A DNA stretch of 42,158 bases from Desulfuromonadales bacterium (GCA_033549025.1 JAWSUS010000026.1:1-42158), one strand, 5' to 3'. Counted from the stretch's first letter, positions 1-10,272 are shown. Translations and numbers: made by a program. Notes: generated by a model not told the origin, from the letters alone.

Positions 1-76
1 TTTGTGCATGACCATGTTTACAAAATCCTCCCCTCGATATTATCGGATTCTGTAAACAACGCGTCAATTTCTTACA
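1..76 (-). mobile_element. Probable insertion-sequence left end (partial), exact reverse complement of 42083-42158
   Basis: 76/76 identity to the reverse complement of the window's last 76 bp. Read on the minus strand it starts TGT and carries TTGACG-N17-GATAAT, a GGAGG RBS and ATG (MVMHK) running out of the window. IS family cannot be determined. Confidence 0.75.
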
Positions 77-126
77 AATAAAATAAGTGTTGAGCTTAAT
101 AAATATATGAATAAACTTCTTAATAA

Positions 127-885
127 TTAATTTGCCCTAAGGTTGGGGGTGGGTTCAGATAACGGATTCGTAACAACTTCACCTGGCATCCCATCCCATA
201 CCTCCCAATCATCAACTTGTCTAGAAAAAATACCAGTCTCCTCAGCATCTATAGATGGTGCAGCAATATAATACATTTCACCAACAGACCAACCAGGCCC
301 ATAGACATGATCCGCCTTCAAAACTCCATCGTACCAGGCCTTACTAGCCCCTGTCTGAAAGTTAATATAAAATTCATAATGGTGCCAATTACCATCCATC
401 ATATTTGGAAAAGTCAGCCAATTGCTAGCCGACACCATCGTGCCATTCATTTTTGCTGAATAGTAAACAGTATTATTCCCTGTGGCAGAATAATGAACAT
501 AACTTTCAGTGCCATTCCAGTGAGGATAAAAGAATTTAAAGTTTTCATTAGCATCAGTGGGTGTGAATGTTGGGTACCTCATCCAAAAGCTAAAATACAT
601 CTCTTCTGATGGCCACGGGTTTGGCAACGAATTAATTGCAGCCAGATGTACTTGGTCAACAGTACCGGATGAAAAGCAGTAGCCAACCCCACCGCGCCCA
701 ACTTGGTTTAAGTTATATTGCGGCACCGAAGCGACAACCCCAGCGCTAATCCAAGGGGTGATTTTGGAATCAATCGAACCATCATCAAAATTCTCATATA
801 AAAGCCTATTTGAGGCCATTGCTTGCCCAACAAATAAGACAATAGTCAAAAAACAAACAGAAAAAACAACTTGTCCATTTTTCAT
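127..885 (-). CDS. Secreted protein, probable concanavalin/LamG-like beta-sandwich (possible carbohydrate-binding or lyase-like)
   Basis: Start moved to ATG 885 (AGGA RBS). Sec signal MKNGQVVFSVCFLTIVLFVGQAMA. Motifs YFSFWMRY, DGNWHHYEFY and WYDG are typical of LamG-like folds. Pro-rich C-terminal tail. Confidence 0.6.
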   Translation of the reverse strand: MKNGQVVFSVCFLTIVLFVGQAMASNRLLYENFDDGSIDSKITPWISAGVVASVPQYNLNQVGRGGVGYCFSSGTVDQVHLAAINSLPNPWPSEEMYFSFWMRYPTFTPTDANENFKFFYPHWNGTESYVHYSATGNNTVYYSAKMNGTMVSASNWLTFPNMMDGNWHHYEFYINFQTGASKAWYDGVLKADHVYGPGWSVGEMYYIAAPSIDAEETGIFSRQVDDWEVWDGMPGEVVTNPLSEPTPNLRAN

Positions 886-1030
886 TTTACTTTTCCTTTC
901 ACCTAAAACCAAATCCGACTTTAAAAAGTTGCCAACATTCATAAACACCAAGCTTACCTCAAAAAGATATCCTATCTTACCACATAGAAGCCTCCCCTAT
1001 TTTTCATTTTACCAACCACAAGAAAGGTTT

Positions 1031-1046
1031 TGCAAATAAGATGCCA
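1031..1046 (-). promoter_or_regulatory. Sigma-54 (-24/-12) promoter of the secreted-protein gene
   Basis: Minus strand TGGCATCTTATTTGCA matches TGGCAC-N5-TTGCW with one mismatch, in an intergenic region. IHF-like CAAGGTATTG at 1062-1071. Confidence 0.8.
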
Positions 1047-1099
1047 TCTTCCAAGGACGGACAAGGTATTGAAATCCCGCAGATTGGAAAATAGAGGAA

Positions 1100-1864
1100 T
1101 TAAAAAAAACCTTGAATGTGTCGAAAATGCTCACTTGTCAAAAAAAAGTTGTTTATATTTTTATCCCCAGGAATCCTCCTTCTAAACGAACCACAACAAT
1201 ATACATAGGGTTCATATCCTTCTTCATGAAATATCGTAACGACCCTCTCGCCGTTTGAACCCTCAACATCTGGATTATCATTAATCTCAACAAGCCAAGC
1301 TGGTTTCCTACTTCTAATTAATCCGATTGCGCCCTTAATACACTCTAATTCATGCCCTTCAACATCACATTTTATAAATTTAATATCTTGTTCCCCAAAC
1401 AAGGAATCAATTTTATAGGTATCTACTTTAATTTTATTATCATCGCCTTCATTAACTAGAGTTGCCCTGTAAAAATTAGGCACCCCATATTCATTTTGGG
1501 GTATATCAAAAAAGGCATATCCATCACTTGAACTAATTGCAACATTTAAACATTTTACATTATTAAGATGTAGTTTTTTTATATTGTTTTTTAAAATTCT
1601 AAATGTTGTTGGTATAGGCTCAACACTAAATACAATTCCATCATCACCAACCATGGTTGATATGCACTTAGTATACAACCCTACATTTGCGCCTATATCT
1701 ATAACATTATCTCCTTTTTTGATTAATTTCTTAATAATACACAGATCAGGTTCGTCTGACTCATTCATTCTTCTCAGACTATAGGGGTAATAAAATTCTT
1801 TAATTAATATGATCACTACTTCGGGACAGAATTTAAAAATAACTTTTTTTGCTATTTTTTTCAT
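1100..1864 (-). CDS. FkbM-family SAM-dependent methyltransferase
   Basis: Motifs VIDIGANVGLY, VEP and FIKCDVEGHE. Start moved to ATG 1864 (GAGG RBS). Confidence 0.9.
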   Translation of the reverse strand: MKKIAKKVIFKFCPEVVIILIKEFYYPYSLRRMNESDEPDLCIIKKLIKKGDNVIDIGANVGLYTKCISTMVGDDGIVFSVEPIPTTFRILKNNIKKLHLNNVKCLNVAISSSDGYAFFDIPQNEYGVPNFYRATLVNEGDDNKIKVDTYKIDSLFGEQDIKFIKCDVEGHELECIKGAIGLIRSRKPAWLVEINDNPDVEGSNGERVVTIFHEEGYEPYVYCCGSFRRRIPGDKNINNFFLTSEHFRHIQGFF

Positions 1865-3689
1865 ATAAGTCCTCATATTTATATTTATCATTACGAATTC
1901 TTCGCTCAAGCGTTATCAAGTTACCAAGTTGACCATAGTAACTAAACCCATATTTTTTGGAACTTTCAATAAATTCTATATATCTTTTTCTATCAAAAAG
2001 ATTTCCAGTAATTATATTTTCATATTCCAATTTTTCTCTAAATAGACCTTGCCGTATGAGATCATTATCGTCGTATCTAATTGTTTTATCAACCAATATT
2101 GTTTTATTAAATACAACTTGAGATATTTTTTTCGCAACTTTTCTTAAATTTTTAGTTAATAATGGCGAGTACTTATAAAAGTTTCTAGAACTAAAAACTT
2201 CACAAGGGGTACCATCCAACATCTTTAAGTTTGCCAATATTGGCGAATTATGACCAATTACTGCTCTCACAAAATCCCCTCTTAGCTTATAACTTGGCTT
2301 TACAGACATACCCAAACTTAATGATGCCTTAAAGGTCAAAGGGGCAATTGTTTTAATCAATTGGCTTGATGATGATATGCTCCGCCCAGCCCATCTTCTA
2401 ATTTTTTGCCTAAAATATATATTATCTATTTGACGCGTATTATAAATTTCAGAAATTTCTGTGGGTGAATTTGTACAACTATATTTTTTATAAAGAACTT
2501 CTTTCAAGGCCTCTTTAAAACCATAATTAAAAATGGAATAATCAAATTCATACTGAAGAACCCTTGCATCAAGCAGTCTTTTTATATTAGCTGGATTCCT
2601 TCCATAGGGAAAATTTTGAACCCACCAAAAATCCCTATAAAGCTCCCCCCCTAACCCATTCATTGAAATATTATAATTTTCAGACTTAAACTCCTGGGCA
2701 TAAAGTATTGGCGCATAATTGAATATATTCTCTTCCCCATCAGTTAATCGAAAAGATTTATCGATATAGTCGGAATACATATCATTCCAGTTGTCGGGTA
2801 ACTTCAAATGAAACCCCTTTACCCCGAGTTCTTCCCAATATTTTTTAACGGTTTTTACCTCTATTGAATCATCAGGCCCAAACGTAAATGTTTCAAGATC
2901 TTTTGGATTAAGGCCATTTGCAAGGATTCCGGACAGAACAAGCCTTGAATCAAAACCTCCCGTTAGGTCACACACAATATTCTCACCGACTATCCCTTCA
3001 AGCCCATCACGGATCGCCCCTCCCACTTTCTCAACAGCTTGATTAAATGTCAGCTGATCATCTACGTCAAAAGGAGGTGCCCAATAAGTAAGCATCTTCT
3101 TTAACTCAGGCTTTTTTTCTACTTCAAAATAATATACCGAAGCAGGATCCAAGACCTTGATTTCGTTGTAAATAGTTGCGTTATCACAGATTGATGCAAT
3201 GCGAAGGAACTGATAGACGGACTCATAATCGAGGGTAACGGGAAAAGTCCGCGACAAGGCCATAGAAGATGTGCTAAGTGCAACACCATCTACGCCGCAA
3301 TATGAATAACAATTAATAATGCCGGAAGGATCTGTTATAAGTAATATTTTGCTTAGACTTTTATCGTATATAACAATAATAAAATTACCGTCCACTTCGT
3401 CACATAAAGAATTAATACCTTTTTTCTCATAAATATCTTTAGCTTTATATAAAGCTTTTAATCCTACTTCACCGCTAACTGTTGGGGTACCTATTGCAAA
3501 TAATAGGCATGCATCATTCATAATATTATCTTTTAATTTTTCATTTTTTCTACAATATTTATAAATTGAAAAATTTTTTCCTATTTCTTTAAGTGAAACA
3601 GGCAATTCTTTTATATCTGTGAAATTATCATGTAAATTATTATGTTTTTCTGTAAAAGAATTACCAATAGTACAAACAAGGCCGGCCAT
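1833..3689 (-). CDS. Asparagine synthase-related amide ligase lacking the N-terminal catalytic Cys
   Basis: PP-loop DLTGGFDSRL, GLGGELYR, Ntn-like N-terminal half (DGNF..., TDPSG). Begins MAGLV rather than MCG. Confidence 0.75.
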   Translation of the reverse strand: MAGLVCTIGNSFTEKHNNLHDNFTDIKELPVSLKEIGKNFSIYKYCRKNEKLKDNIMNDACLLFAIGTPTVSGEVGLKALYKAKDIYEKKGINSLCDEVDGNFIIVIYDKSLSKILLITDPSGIINCYSYCGVDGVALSTSSMALSRTFPVTLDYESVYQFLRIASICDNATIYNEIKVLDPASVYYFEVEKKPELKKMLTYWAPPFDVDDQLTFNQAVEKVGGAIRDGLEGIVGENIVCDLTGGFDSRLVLSGILANGLNPKDLETFTFGPDDSIEVKTVKKYWEELGVKGFHLKLPDNWNDMYSDYIDKSFRLTDGEENIFNYAPILYAQEFKSENYNISMNGLGGELYRDFWWVQNFPYGRNPANIKRLLDARVLQYEFDYSIFNYGFKEALKEVLYKKYSCTNSPTEISEIYNTRQIDNIYFRQKIRRWAGRSISSSSQLIKTIAPLTFKASLSLGMSVKPSYKLRGDFVRAVIGHNSPILANLKMLDGTPCEVFSSRNFYKYSPLLTKNLRKVAKKISQVVFNKTILVDKTIRYDDNDLIRQGLFREKLEYENIITGNLFDRKRYIEFIESSKKYGFSYYGQLGNLITLERRIRNDKYKYEDLYEKNSKKSYF

Positions 3690-3734
3690 TTTTACCTCCT
3701 CGTTAGATTGTTTGGAATAAACGAATGAAAAAAT

Positions 3735-5795
3735 TCAAAATATTTTTTGATTTTTCAACCACATCTTGGTCTGATAAAGTCCTGAATCAATATCCACTTC
3801 AGCAATTTCGCCTATTATTGCCTTTGATTTATCGTTTACAAATACTGCATTTTTATTGAACATCTTCAATTCGTCTGGGCAAGGCGTTGTTTTCAGTGAA
3901 TGTTCAACACAACGCATCATTTTGTCAGCCACTGGAAAGGTCTCCGCCACCTTCTTGACCGGTGACATAAAGTGTTTTTTTACCACGCTCCCCAACTTGC
4001 GTACGGGTATCATCATTTGGCTTTTTAATTTTGCTCTCGAGGAACCAATCTGCTTGAGAGGCGGCAAACCCATCGCCCTGTTGAACCTTTCGAAATATTC
4101 ATTCCAGGTTATTATATCGGGGCCATTGATATTAAACGCCTGCCCCACCGCATTTTCATTATCCAAAATAGCCAAAATTGTTCTCACGAGATCATCTACA
4201 TAAACTAGATTGCACAGACCATCACCATAGGATTCATAGATCCCCCACTCCCTTTTCAAAAACATATTGGCAAAGTGAATGGTCCAATTTTTACAAAAGG
4301 GGCCGTAAACTATAGAAGGACGAACTACCGTTACCGGAAGGCCTTTTTCAAAATATTCCCAGCAAACCTTCTCCGCATCGATCTTGGTCCGGTTATACTC
4401 ATTCCCCGTATATTGCAGGGGATAACTTTCATCTACATCCCCGGAAACTTCCCCATAAACTTCTGCAGTGCTGAGGTGCACGAAACGTCGAACTCCCTTC
4501 TTCAGGGAAGCTTCGAGAAGATTTTTTGTCCCTTCAGCGTTAACAACCCCAGGCCCTTTGGCACAATGAATGACTTCGGTAACCCCTTCAAGGGCCTTTT
4601 CAATGGCCTCTTCATCCAGCAGATCCATCTGAACAATGTCGACTGGATAGCGTCCCAGTCTAGCTGCACTGGCCCATTGTCTGATTCCGGCTCTGACCTG
4701 ATGATCACCGGCTAGATGGAGCATCTCCACAATGCGCCCCCCAATAAAACCGGATGCCCCGGTCACGAGGGTTATGCCTTCTTTTTTCCTCGGGTCAATC
4801 TGGATATCATCGCCAGTTTTTGCAGGAAAGTGAGTTCGTTTTGCATAGCACTCTTCGATAAATTCTATCGAATTTAAAACATCTCTTCCGCTTACGGACG
4901 GGGCAGTTTCGCCACGGATAACGCTAAGGAAATTTCCAAATAGGGGCAGAACAAACTGAGGATAGTTTTTCGCAGGCGTATCCAACTTTATCTGAGTTGT
5001 CCTCCCCGTTTCAGATACCATCTCGAGCGAATCCCAATCGAAGGGTTTTCCCTTAAGAGTTCCTTTGTCGCCAATAATTTTGAAATTCGATTCGATATCG
5101 CACAGCCGATTCAAAAATACAGTGACCGGTACATCGTTAAAAGCAGCGCTGATGCTGACCACAGATTCCGGGCCTCCAAAGGAATCGTCCATACATTCGT
5201 AAAGGTCAGGCTTCCCATCCAGCCACCAGCAGAGAAGATCAACAACATGCGGCCCCAAATCGAGAAGAACCCCCTTGGATGAATATTTCGGATCCACATA
5301 AAAACCGGTAGCGGCGGCCCAACCGAAAACGCTCCCCTCGGAAAACTCGACCGATTTAAGGGAGCCGAGCTCGCCGTCTTTGAGAATCCGCTTCACTTCG
5401 CCAAAAGAGGGGAACATCCGGCGCGTGTTGTTCACGCAGAGCTGAACCTTGTTTTTTTCTGCCGCATCTATCATGTCAACGACTTGCCACCCAAACTCCG
5501 CCAAAGGCTTTTCGCAAAGCACATGCACACCGGCATTGAGAAAATCAAGGGCCACGGGGTGATGGAGTGCATGCGGCAATGCAATAACCACCCCATCGAC
5601 GGAAGGGAGGATTGCCTCGTAGTCGGTTACCACCGTACCGTACCCGACTTCGGCCTTTATCTCTTGGGCTTGCTGAACCTGAAGGTCAACCAGGAACAGT
5701 TCCTGAATCTGGTCTCTGTATTTTTTAAGAGCGGGTGCGTAATACCTTTTTGTTGCAGCGCCACACCCGATGATGCCAATCTTCAACGAAGCCAT
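3735..5795 (-). CDS. Fused Gfo/Idh/MocA oxidoreductase + extended-SDR NAD-dependent epimerase/dehydratase
   Basis: N-half: GIIGCG, HVLCEKP, GVLLDLGPH. C-half: VTGASGFIG, HLST, YNRTK, RPSIVYGP. Start moved to ATG 5795 (AGGAG RBS). Confidence 0.85.
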   Translation of the reverse strand: MASLKIGIIGCGAATKRYYAPALKKYRDQIQELFLVDLQVQQAQEIKAEVGYGTVVTDYEAILPSVDGVVIALPHALHHPVALDFLNAGVHVLCEKPLAEFGWQVVDMIDAAEKNKVQLCVNNTRRMFPSFGEVKRILKDGELGSLKSVEFSEGSVFGWAAATGFYVDPKYSSKGVLLDLGPHVVDLLCWWLDGKPDLYECMDDSFGGPESVVSISAAFNDVPVTVFLNRLCDIESNFKIIGDKGTLKGKPFDWDSLEMVSETGRTTQIKLDTPAKNYPQFVLPLFGNFLSVIRGETAPSVSGRDVLNSIEFIEECYAKRTHFPAKTGDDIQIDPRKKEGITLVTGASGFIGGRIVEMLHLAGDHQVRAGIRQWASAARLGRYPVDIVQMDLLDEEAIEKALEGVTEVIHCAKGPGVVNAEGTKNLLEASLKKGVRRFVHLSTAEVYGEVSGDVDESYPLQYTGNEYNRTKIDAEKVCWEYFEKGLPVTVVRPSIVYGPFCKNWTIHFANMFLKREWGIYESYGDGLCNLVYVDDLVRTILAILDNENAVGQAFNINGPDIITWNEYFERFNRAMGLPPLKQIGSSRAKLKSQMMIPVRKLGSVVKKHFMSPVKKVAETFPVADKMMRCVEHSLKTTPCPDELKMFNKNAVFVNDKSKAIIGEIAEVDIDSGLYQTKMWLKNQKIF

Positions 5796-5836
5796 TCCAT
5801 TCTCCTTTCGGGACAAGCATTTCACAGTCATCACAC

Positions 5837-6976
5837 TTAACAATAGCCACCACCAAGCAGTTTCGAGTAGATATAAGCTGTTTCTTCGGCCATTTTTTGC
5901 GCCGAATATCGTTCAAAAACTATCTTTCTGCCAGCTTTCGCCATCAAACTGGCGACGGCAGGATTCTCCAGTAAAAACTCCATCCCGCTCGTCAGCCCGT
6001 CAACATCCTTCGGCTCAACCAGAAGTCCGCTGACGCCATTCTGGATTACATATGGAATTTCACCGACCCTGGTTGCCAATACCGGGACGCCGCTGGCCAT
6101 CGCTTCTAGAAGCACCATGGGCAACCCTTCGCGCAGCGAAGAAATGACAAGAAAATCTGTCTTTTCATACACATGGTCCATATCATCACGGGCACCGGTT
6201 AGCCTGACCGCCTTGTCCAGTCCTAGCAAAGATATCTTTCGGGCGATCTGCTCCGCGGATGGCCCATCCCCTACTATGAGAGCCAATGCCTCGGGATGCA
6301 TTGCAACCGCCCTTTTAAACGCTTCCAGAAAAAACTCGTGGCCCTTGTCCGGGTAAAGCCGTCCGACCACGGAAAAAACCTTTTTCCCCAGAGGGATTTC
6401 CAAGGCGGCGTGCTTTGGGCAACCGTGCTGTTGCAGTGTAGAGAAATCGAGTCCATTCTCCACGACATCAAGCTGTCTGCTTTTGACTCCTCGCTTCAAG
6501 AGAAAGTTTTTAAGTTCGCCGGAAACAGTGATCACCTTGTCATACCAGCGATAAACCACCTTTTCGTCCAACGCGAGATAGAACCTTTTCACCAGGGTCT
6601 CACGGGTTGACCCATGAGCCGTCGTCACCCGCTTGAGGCCCAGCCCTCTAGAAGCCATCAAGGCAAACAGGTTGGATTTGAAATCATGGGAATGAATCAG
6701 GGCAACGGAGTTGTTAATAAAAATCTTTCGCATAGCGCTTATGGCCCTGCCGTCCCAGCGTCCATTAACTTTTACCACCTGAACAGGAATCCCTTCTTTG
6801 CGGGCAGCTTCAACGAGTGGCTGCCCCTTTCCGTCACCTCGATCAAGGCAAAGAAGAGACACCTTGAAACGGGTTCGGTCCGTATGTTGGGCCAAACCCA
6901 AAATAACCCTTTCGCCGCCATATATTCCGCTACTGTCACGAATATGCATGATGTGGGTTCGCTGTGAATCCACCAT
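5837..6976 (-). CDS. Glycosyltransferase family 4
   Basis: GGE, HSHD, TAHG, VGRL..KG, EGLPMVLLEAMASG. Start moved to ATG 6976. Confidence 0.92.
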   Translation of the reverse strand: MVDSQRTHIMHIRDSSGIYGGERVILGLAQHTDRTRFKVSLLCLDRGDGKGQPLVEAARKEGIPVQVVKVNGRWDGRAISAMRKIFINNSVALIHSHDFKSNLFALMASRGLGLKRVTTAHGSTRETLVKRFYLALDEKVVYRWYDKVITVSGELKNFLLKRGVKSRQLDVVENGLDFSTLQQHGCPKHAALEIPLGKKVFSVVGRLYPDKGHEFFLEAFKRAVAMHPEALALIVGDGPSAEQIARKISLLGLDKAVRLTGARDDMDHVYEKTDFLVISSLREGLPMVLLEAMASGVPVLATRVGEIPYVIQNGVSGLLVEPKDVDGLTSGMEFLLENPAVASLMAKAGRKIVFERYSAQKMAEETAYIYSKLLGGGYC

Positions 6977-6978
6977 TA

Positions 6979-7956
6979 TCACCCCTGTACAGACAATTGA
7001 AGCAAATGGTCTTCCAACGCTTTTTTCATGGAATCCCATTCTTTTTCACGCATGATCTTGAGTTCTCTGACCCCCTTCTCCAGGACGTTTTTTTCCGAGA
7101 GTACTTTTAGAATCGCTTCCTCCAATTCGCTGGGCGTATTACCTGAATATACAGCTCCGAGACTGAAATACTTCTGCAGGGCCTCGGTCTTTGACAGAAT
7201 CATCGGCTTGCCGACGGCAACGGCCTCGTAAGCACCACAGACCAGGCAGTTTTCTCGGGTGGTCAAATCAATGGTGGCATCTACCGAGTTCAGCAGGTCG
7301 AGATATTCCTGTTCGGGAACGAAACCTGTCAAAATGACATTTTCAGGCAATGACTCAGGTTCAAGTCCTTTCTTGCGATAATTACCCGTGACATAGATAC
7401 AAATGTCAGTCGGGAGATTTCGGGCAGCCTCAAATACAGCCTGATACGGCTCATCAGCACCATAGGAACAGATAAAAAGAATATTGTGCTTTCCCCTAAG
7501 GGGCCTTGCCGGGGTTTTATTGATGGAGGGGATACGATCGGGCAAGACAAAGCCGCGGCCGCCGTTTGCCACAACAATGGCGCATAGATTGTCATTGGTC
7601 ACCAGCGTGAGATCCCCAAGGCGCTGGACGATTCTGGCCAGCAGCATAAGGAGAGAAGATCGGCCCTCTGCGGGGTAAAGACCAGCGTTGTGGGCATCTA
7701 CACAGACTCTGAACCCCATAGGTCTTTTCACTAAGACCAGAAACAGAGAAAGAATGAGGGAGGGATTCTGACAAAAAACGATACGCGGTTTTTCCTGTCT
7801 CAGAATGTCATAAGTTTGCCAGATTCCCCGAATGTATTTACGCAGAGGGTTCTTTATGCGGTCGATCTCGGCCAGTTCAAAGAACTTGGCTTGCAGGGCG
7901 GCGCTTAATTCGCGGTTTCGTCTCTGGCATTCCCAGGTAATCCAAATCTTATCCAT
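6979..7956 (-). CDS. GT-B fold glycosyltransferase (GT4-like, divergent)
   Basis: DAHN, LTGFVP, ENCLVCGAYEAVAVGKP (EX7E-type motif). Confidence 0.8.
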   Translation of the reverse strand: MDKIWITWECQRRNRELSAALQAKFFELAEIDRIKNPLRKYIRGIWQTYDILRQEKPRIVFCQNPSLILSLFLVLVKRPMGFRVCVDAHNAGLYPAEGRSSLLMLLARIVQRLGDLTLVTNDNLCAIVVANGGRGFVLPDRIPSINKTPARPLRGKHNILFICSYGADEPYQAVFEAARNLPTDICIYVTGNYRKKGLEPESLPENVILTGFVPEQEYLDLLNSVDATIDLTTRENCLVCGAYEAVAVGKPMILSKTEALQKYFSLGAVYSGNTPSELEEAILKVLSEKNVLEKGVRELKIMREKEWDSMKKALEDHLLQLSVQG

Positions 7957-7968
7957 AATCCACATCCC

Positions 7969-9132
7969 TTATTGAGGATTGGCAACAAGCCGGGTATAAA
8001 ACTTTTCCGTGTGCTGGATAACTGGACCCCAATCAAATTTCTGTTGAACTATTTTTCGGCCTGCTTCGCCCATACGTTTGCACCTCGCAGGGTCATCGAG
8101 GAGTGTGCACAAAGCGTCGGCCAGCGCCTGGGGATCATCGGGGGGAACAAGTTTGCCCGTTTCTCCATCGATCACAATTTCTCTGTTGCCGCCTACCGCC
8201 GTAGCAACGACAGGAAGACCAGCAACCATGTATTCGAGAATCGTATTTGAAAAGCCTTCCGAGTCGGAGCATAAGACCCCGATGGTGAAAGTCTTTATAT
8301 ATTGAATAGGGTTCTCCCGTGGGCCGGCAAAAATGACGACATCCTCAAGGTTCAGTTTTTTAGCCTGCTCTCTCAGGTCATTTTCCAGTTTACCCCCACC
8401 GATGATCAAAAACTTGACCTTATCCTGAAGTGCAACCACGAGCGATGCAGAATTCAGGAAAAGATCCAGACGTTTAACCGAACGGGAGAAGTTGGCAACG
8501 ATACCGATGATTCGATCTTCTGCTTTAATTTTGGGAAACTCTGTCACCAGATCTTTACCTGAGGCGGAAAGAATATTTACGAAATCAATTCCGTTGGGAA
8601 TAATCTCTATCTGTTTTTTGTGGAGTTTCTCCTTTTCAACGACTGTTTCCTGGACACTCTCAGAATTCACAACAAAACGATCCGTCATGTGATTTGCCAG
8701 GGAAAAAAACTTTGGCACTTTTTCCCCGTACCAGAAGCCCAAATCCCTCCGGCAGGACATCACGACCGGAACAGCAGCCAGCTTCGCAGCGACGATCCCA
8801 AACAATGTGGCATCATGAAAATAAGTCTGAACCACATCGACCCCCTCTTTTCGCAATATCCTGATGGTTTTAGCGAGAGCCCGAAGCGCGGAAATGGACC
8901 TTAAGGAATAGACATCCAGAAGGTACTTTTCTACACAAAGGTTGTCCCATAACGACAAGCCACCAAACTGCTGAAGGCAAAAAAGAATAGGTCTGAACTT
9001 TTCTTTATCCAGACGAACTATCGTTTCTAGTAGTTGCCGTTCAGTGCCACCCGTTGCCCCTCTACGATCGGCAAGAAAGTCGATAAAATAGGCAAGGGTA
9101 ATCCGTTTGTTGGTGTGGGAAGCTCTATCCAT
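7969..9132 (-). CDS. Glycosyltransferase family 4
   Basis: GGTE, IPNGID, EGFSNTILEYMVAGLPVVAT. Confidence 0.92.
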   Translation of the reverse strand: MDRASHTNKRITLAYFIDFLADRRGATGGTERQLLETIVRLDKEKFRPILFCLQQFGGLSLWDNLCVEKYLLDVYSLRSISALRALAKTIRILRKEGVDVVQTYFHDATLFGIVAAKLAAVPVVMSCRRDLGFWYGEKVPKFFSLANHMTDRFVVNSESVQETVVEKEKLHKKQIEIIPNGIDFVNILSASGKDLVTEFPKIKAEDRIIGIVANFSRSVKRLDLFLNSASLVVALQDKVKFLIIGGGKLENDLREQAKKLNLEDVVIFAGPRENPIQYIKTFTIGVLCSDSEGFSNTILEYMVAGLPVVATAVGGNREIVIDGETGKLVPPDDPQALADALCTLLDDPARCKRMGEAGRKIVQQKFDWGPVIQHTEKFYTRLVANPQ

Positions 9133-9138
9133 AAGGAC

Positions 9139-10272
9139 CTATTCGTAAGGGTTTGTCGTCTTTCCCATCAAGACTCTAATGGATCTGCCAATTCGGTTCA
9201 TACGTTCATGGACGTGATGAAAACGAAGTTTTTTAAGTTTCGAGAAAAAATCATTCGGAAACAGCATAGGACGGATTCTGAGATCCCATTCTCGCGACAG
9301 GGCATGCAATTGCCAGCGCGTTGCATACATAGAGCTTTTTAGACGCCTGCCAATACGGTTGAACTCTTTTTTCCTCAGTGGAGATTGATCAATCAGAATG
9401 GGACCATTCTTTTCACACAATGTAAAGACAGGAAATACGGATTGAACAAAACCACTTCCTGGGTCGACCTCAAATTTCAAAATCATCCCTTTTCTATTAC
9501 CCTTATTAAGCTTTTGGGTGACATAACGTTCGCCTTCTGTTGGAGAATGATAATACCACCCAAAATCGTCAAAGAGAAAATTTCCAAGGCTATAGGCAAC
9601 GAGTTTATTTTCAATATATTCAATTCCCTGAACAACATGGGGGTGGTGCCCAAGTATTACATCTGCACCTGCTGAAATAAGACTGTAAGCCAACCTTTTT
9701 TGATCAGGAGTCGGGTACTGATATTCTTCAAGACCCCAGTGCATCAAGAGGACAACTATATCTGATATACCCTTGGCGGCTTTAATTGAGTCGGCAGTTT
9801 CCTTTTGATCAAAAAAAGCAACACCTGGAATACGTTTCCCTGCCCTAGAGTGAGAAGAGACATGAACAGATGTTCTTGCCAATATCGCCACCCTAAACCC
9901 GTTAATATGAATAATAGCTGGAGCTAACGCATCTTTTATATTATGCCCTGCTCCAACCGCTACAATTCCTGCCTCTTTTAAAGCATCAAGAGTTTGATTC
10001 AACCCTGGTATTCCATAGTCCATTGTATGGTTGTTTGCGAGAGAAACTACCCCAACCCCCGAATGCTTAAGAGCCTTAGCCCAGCCGGGATAGCCGGACA
10101 AACGACATTTGTCAGGAACTCCTTTTTCGTGAACCGTCAGGGGACCTTCGAGGTTGCCAATAACGACATCTGCACTACAAAGAAAATCAGATACATCCTG
10201 AAATACTTTTCCTTCAACGTTTGAGGAAAAGTGTCCACAAAAAGCGATGTCACCTAGCGCAGCAAATTTCAT
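9139..10272 (-). CDS. CapA-family metallophosphoesterase-like capsule protein
   Basis: GD, GNLE, LANNH, HWGLE, GHHPH and YSLGNF motifs. Confidence 0.9.
   Translation of the reverse strand: MKFAALGDIAFCGHFSSNVEGKVFQDVSDFLCSADVVIGNLEGPLTVHEKGVPDKCRLSGYPGWAKALKHSGVGVVSLANNHTMDYGIPGLNQTLDALKEAGIVAVGAGHNIKDALAPAIIHINGFRVAILARTSVHVSSHSRAGKRIPGVAFFDQKETADSIKAAKGISDIVVLLMHWGLEEYQYPTPDQKRLAYSLISAGADVILGHHPHVVQGIEYIENKLVAYSLGNFLFDDFGWYYHSPTEGERYVTQKLNKGNRKGMILKFEVDPGSGFVQSVFPVFTLCEKNGPILIDQSPLRKKEFNRIGRRLKSSMYATRWQLHALSREWDLRIRPMLFPNDFFSKLKKLRFHHVHERMNRIGRSIRVLMGKTTNPYE

Noticed and set aside
1..76. Terminal inverted repeats read as the ends of a linear plasmid, phage or single large transposon
   Set aside because: No replication, phage or transposase genes inside. 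The TGT terminus faces inward and the promoter/ATG read outward, as expected for flanking IS copies at contig breaks.
127..180. C-terminal 'SEPTP' read as a PEP-CTERM signal
   Set aside because: No PEP motif, transmembrane helix or basic tail follows.
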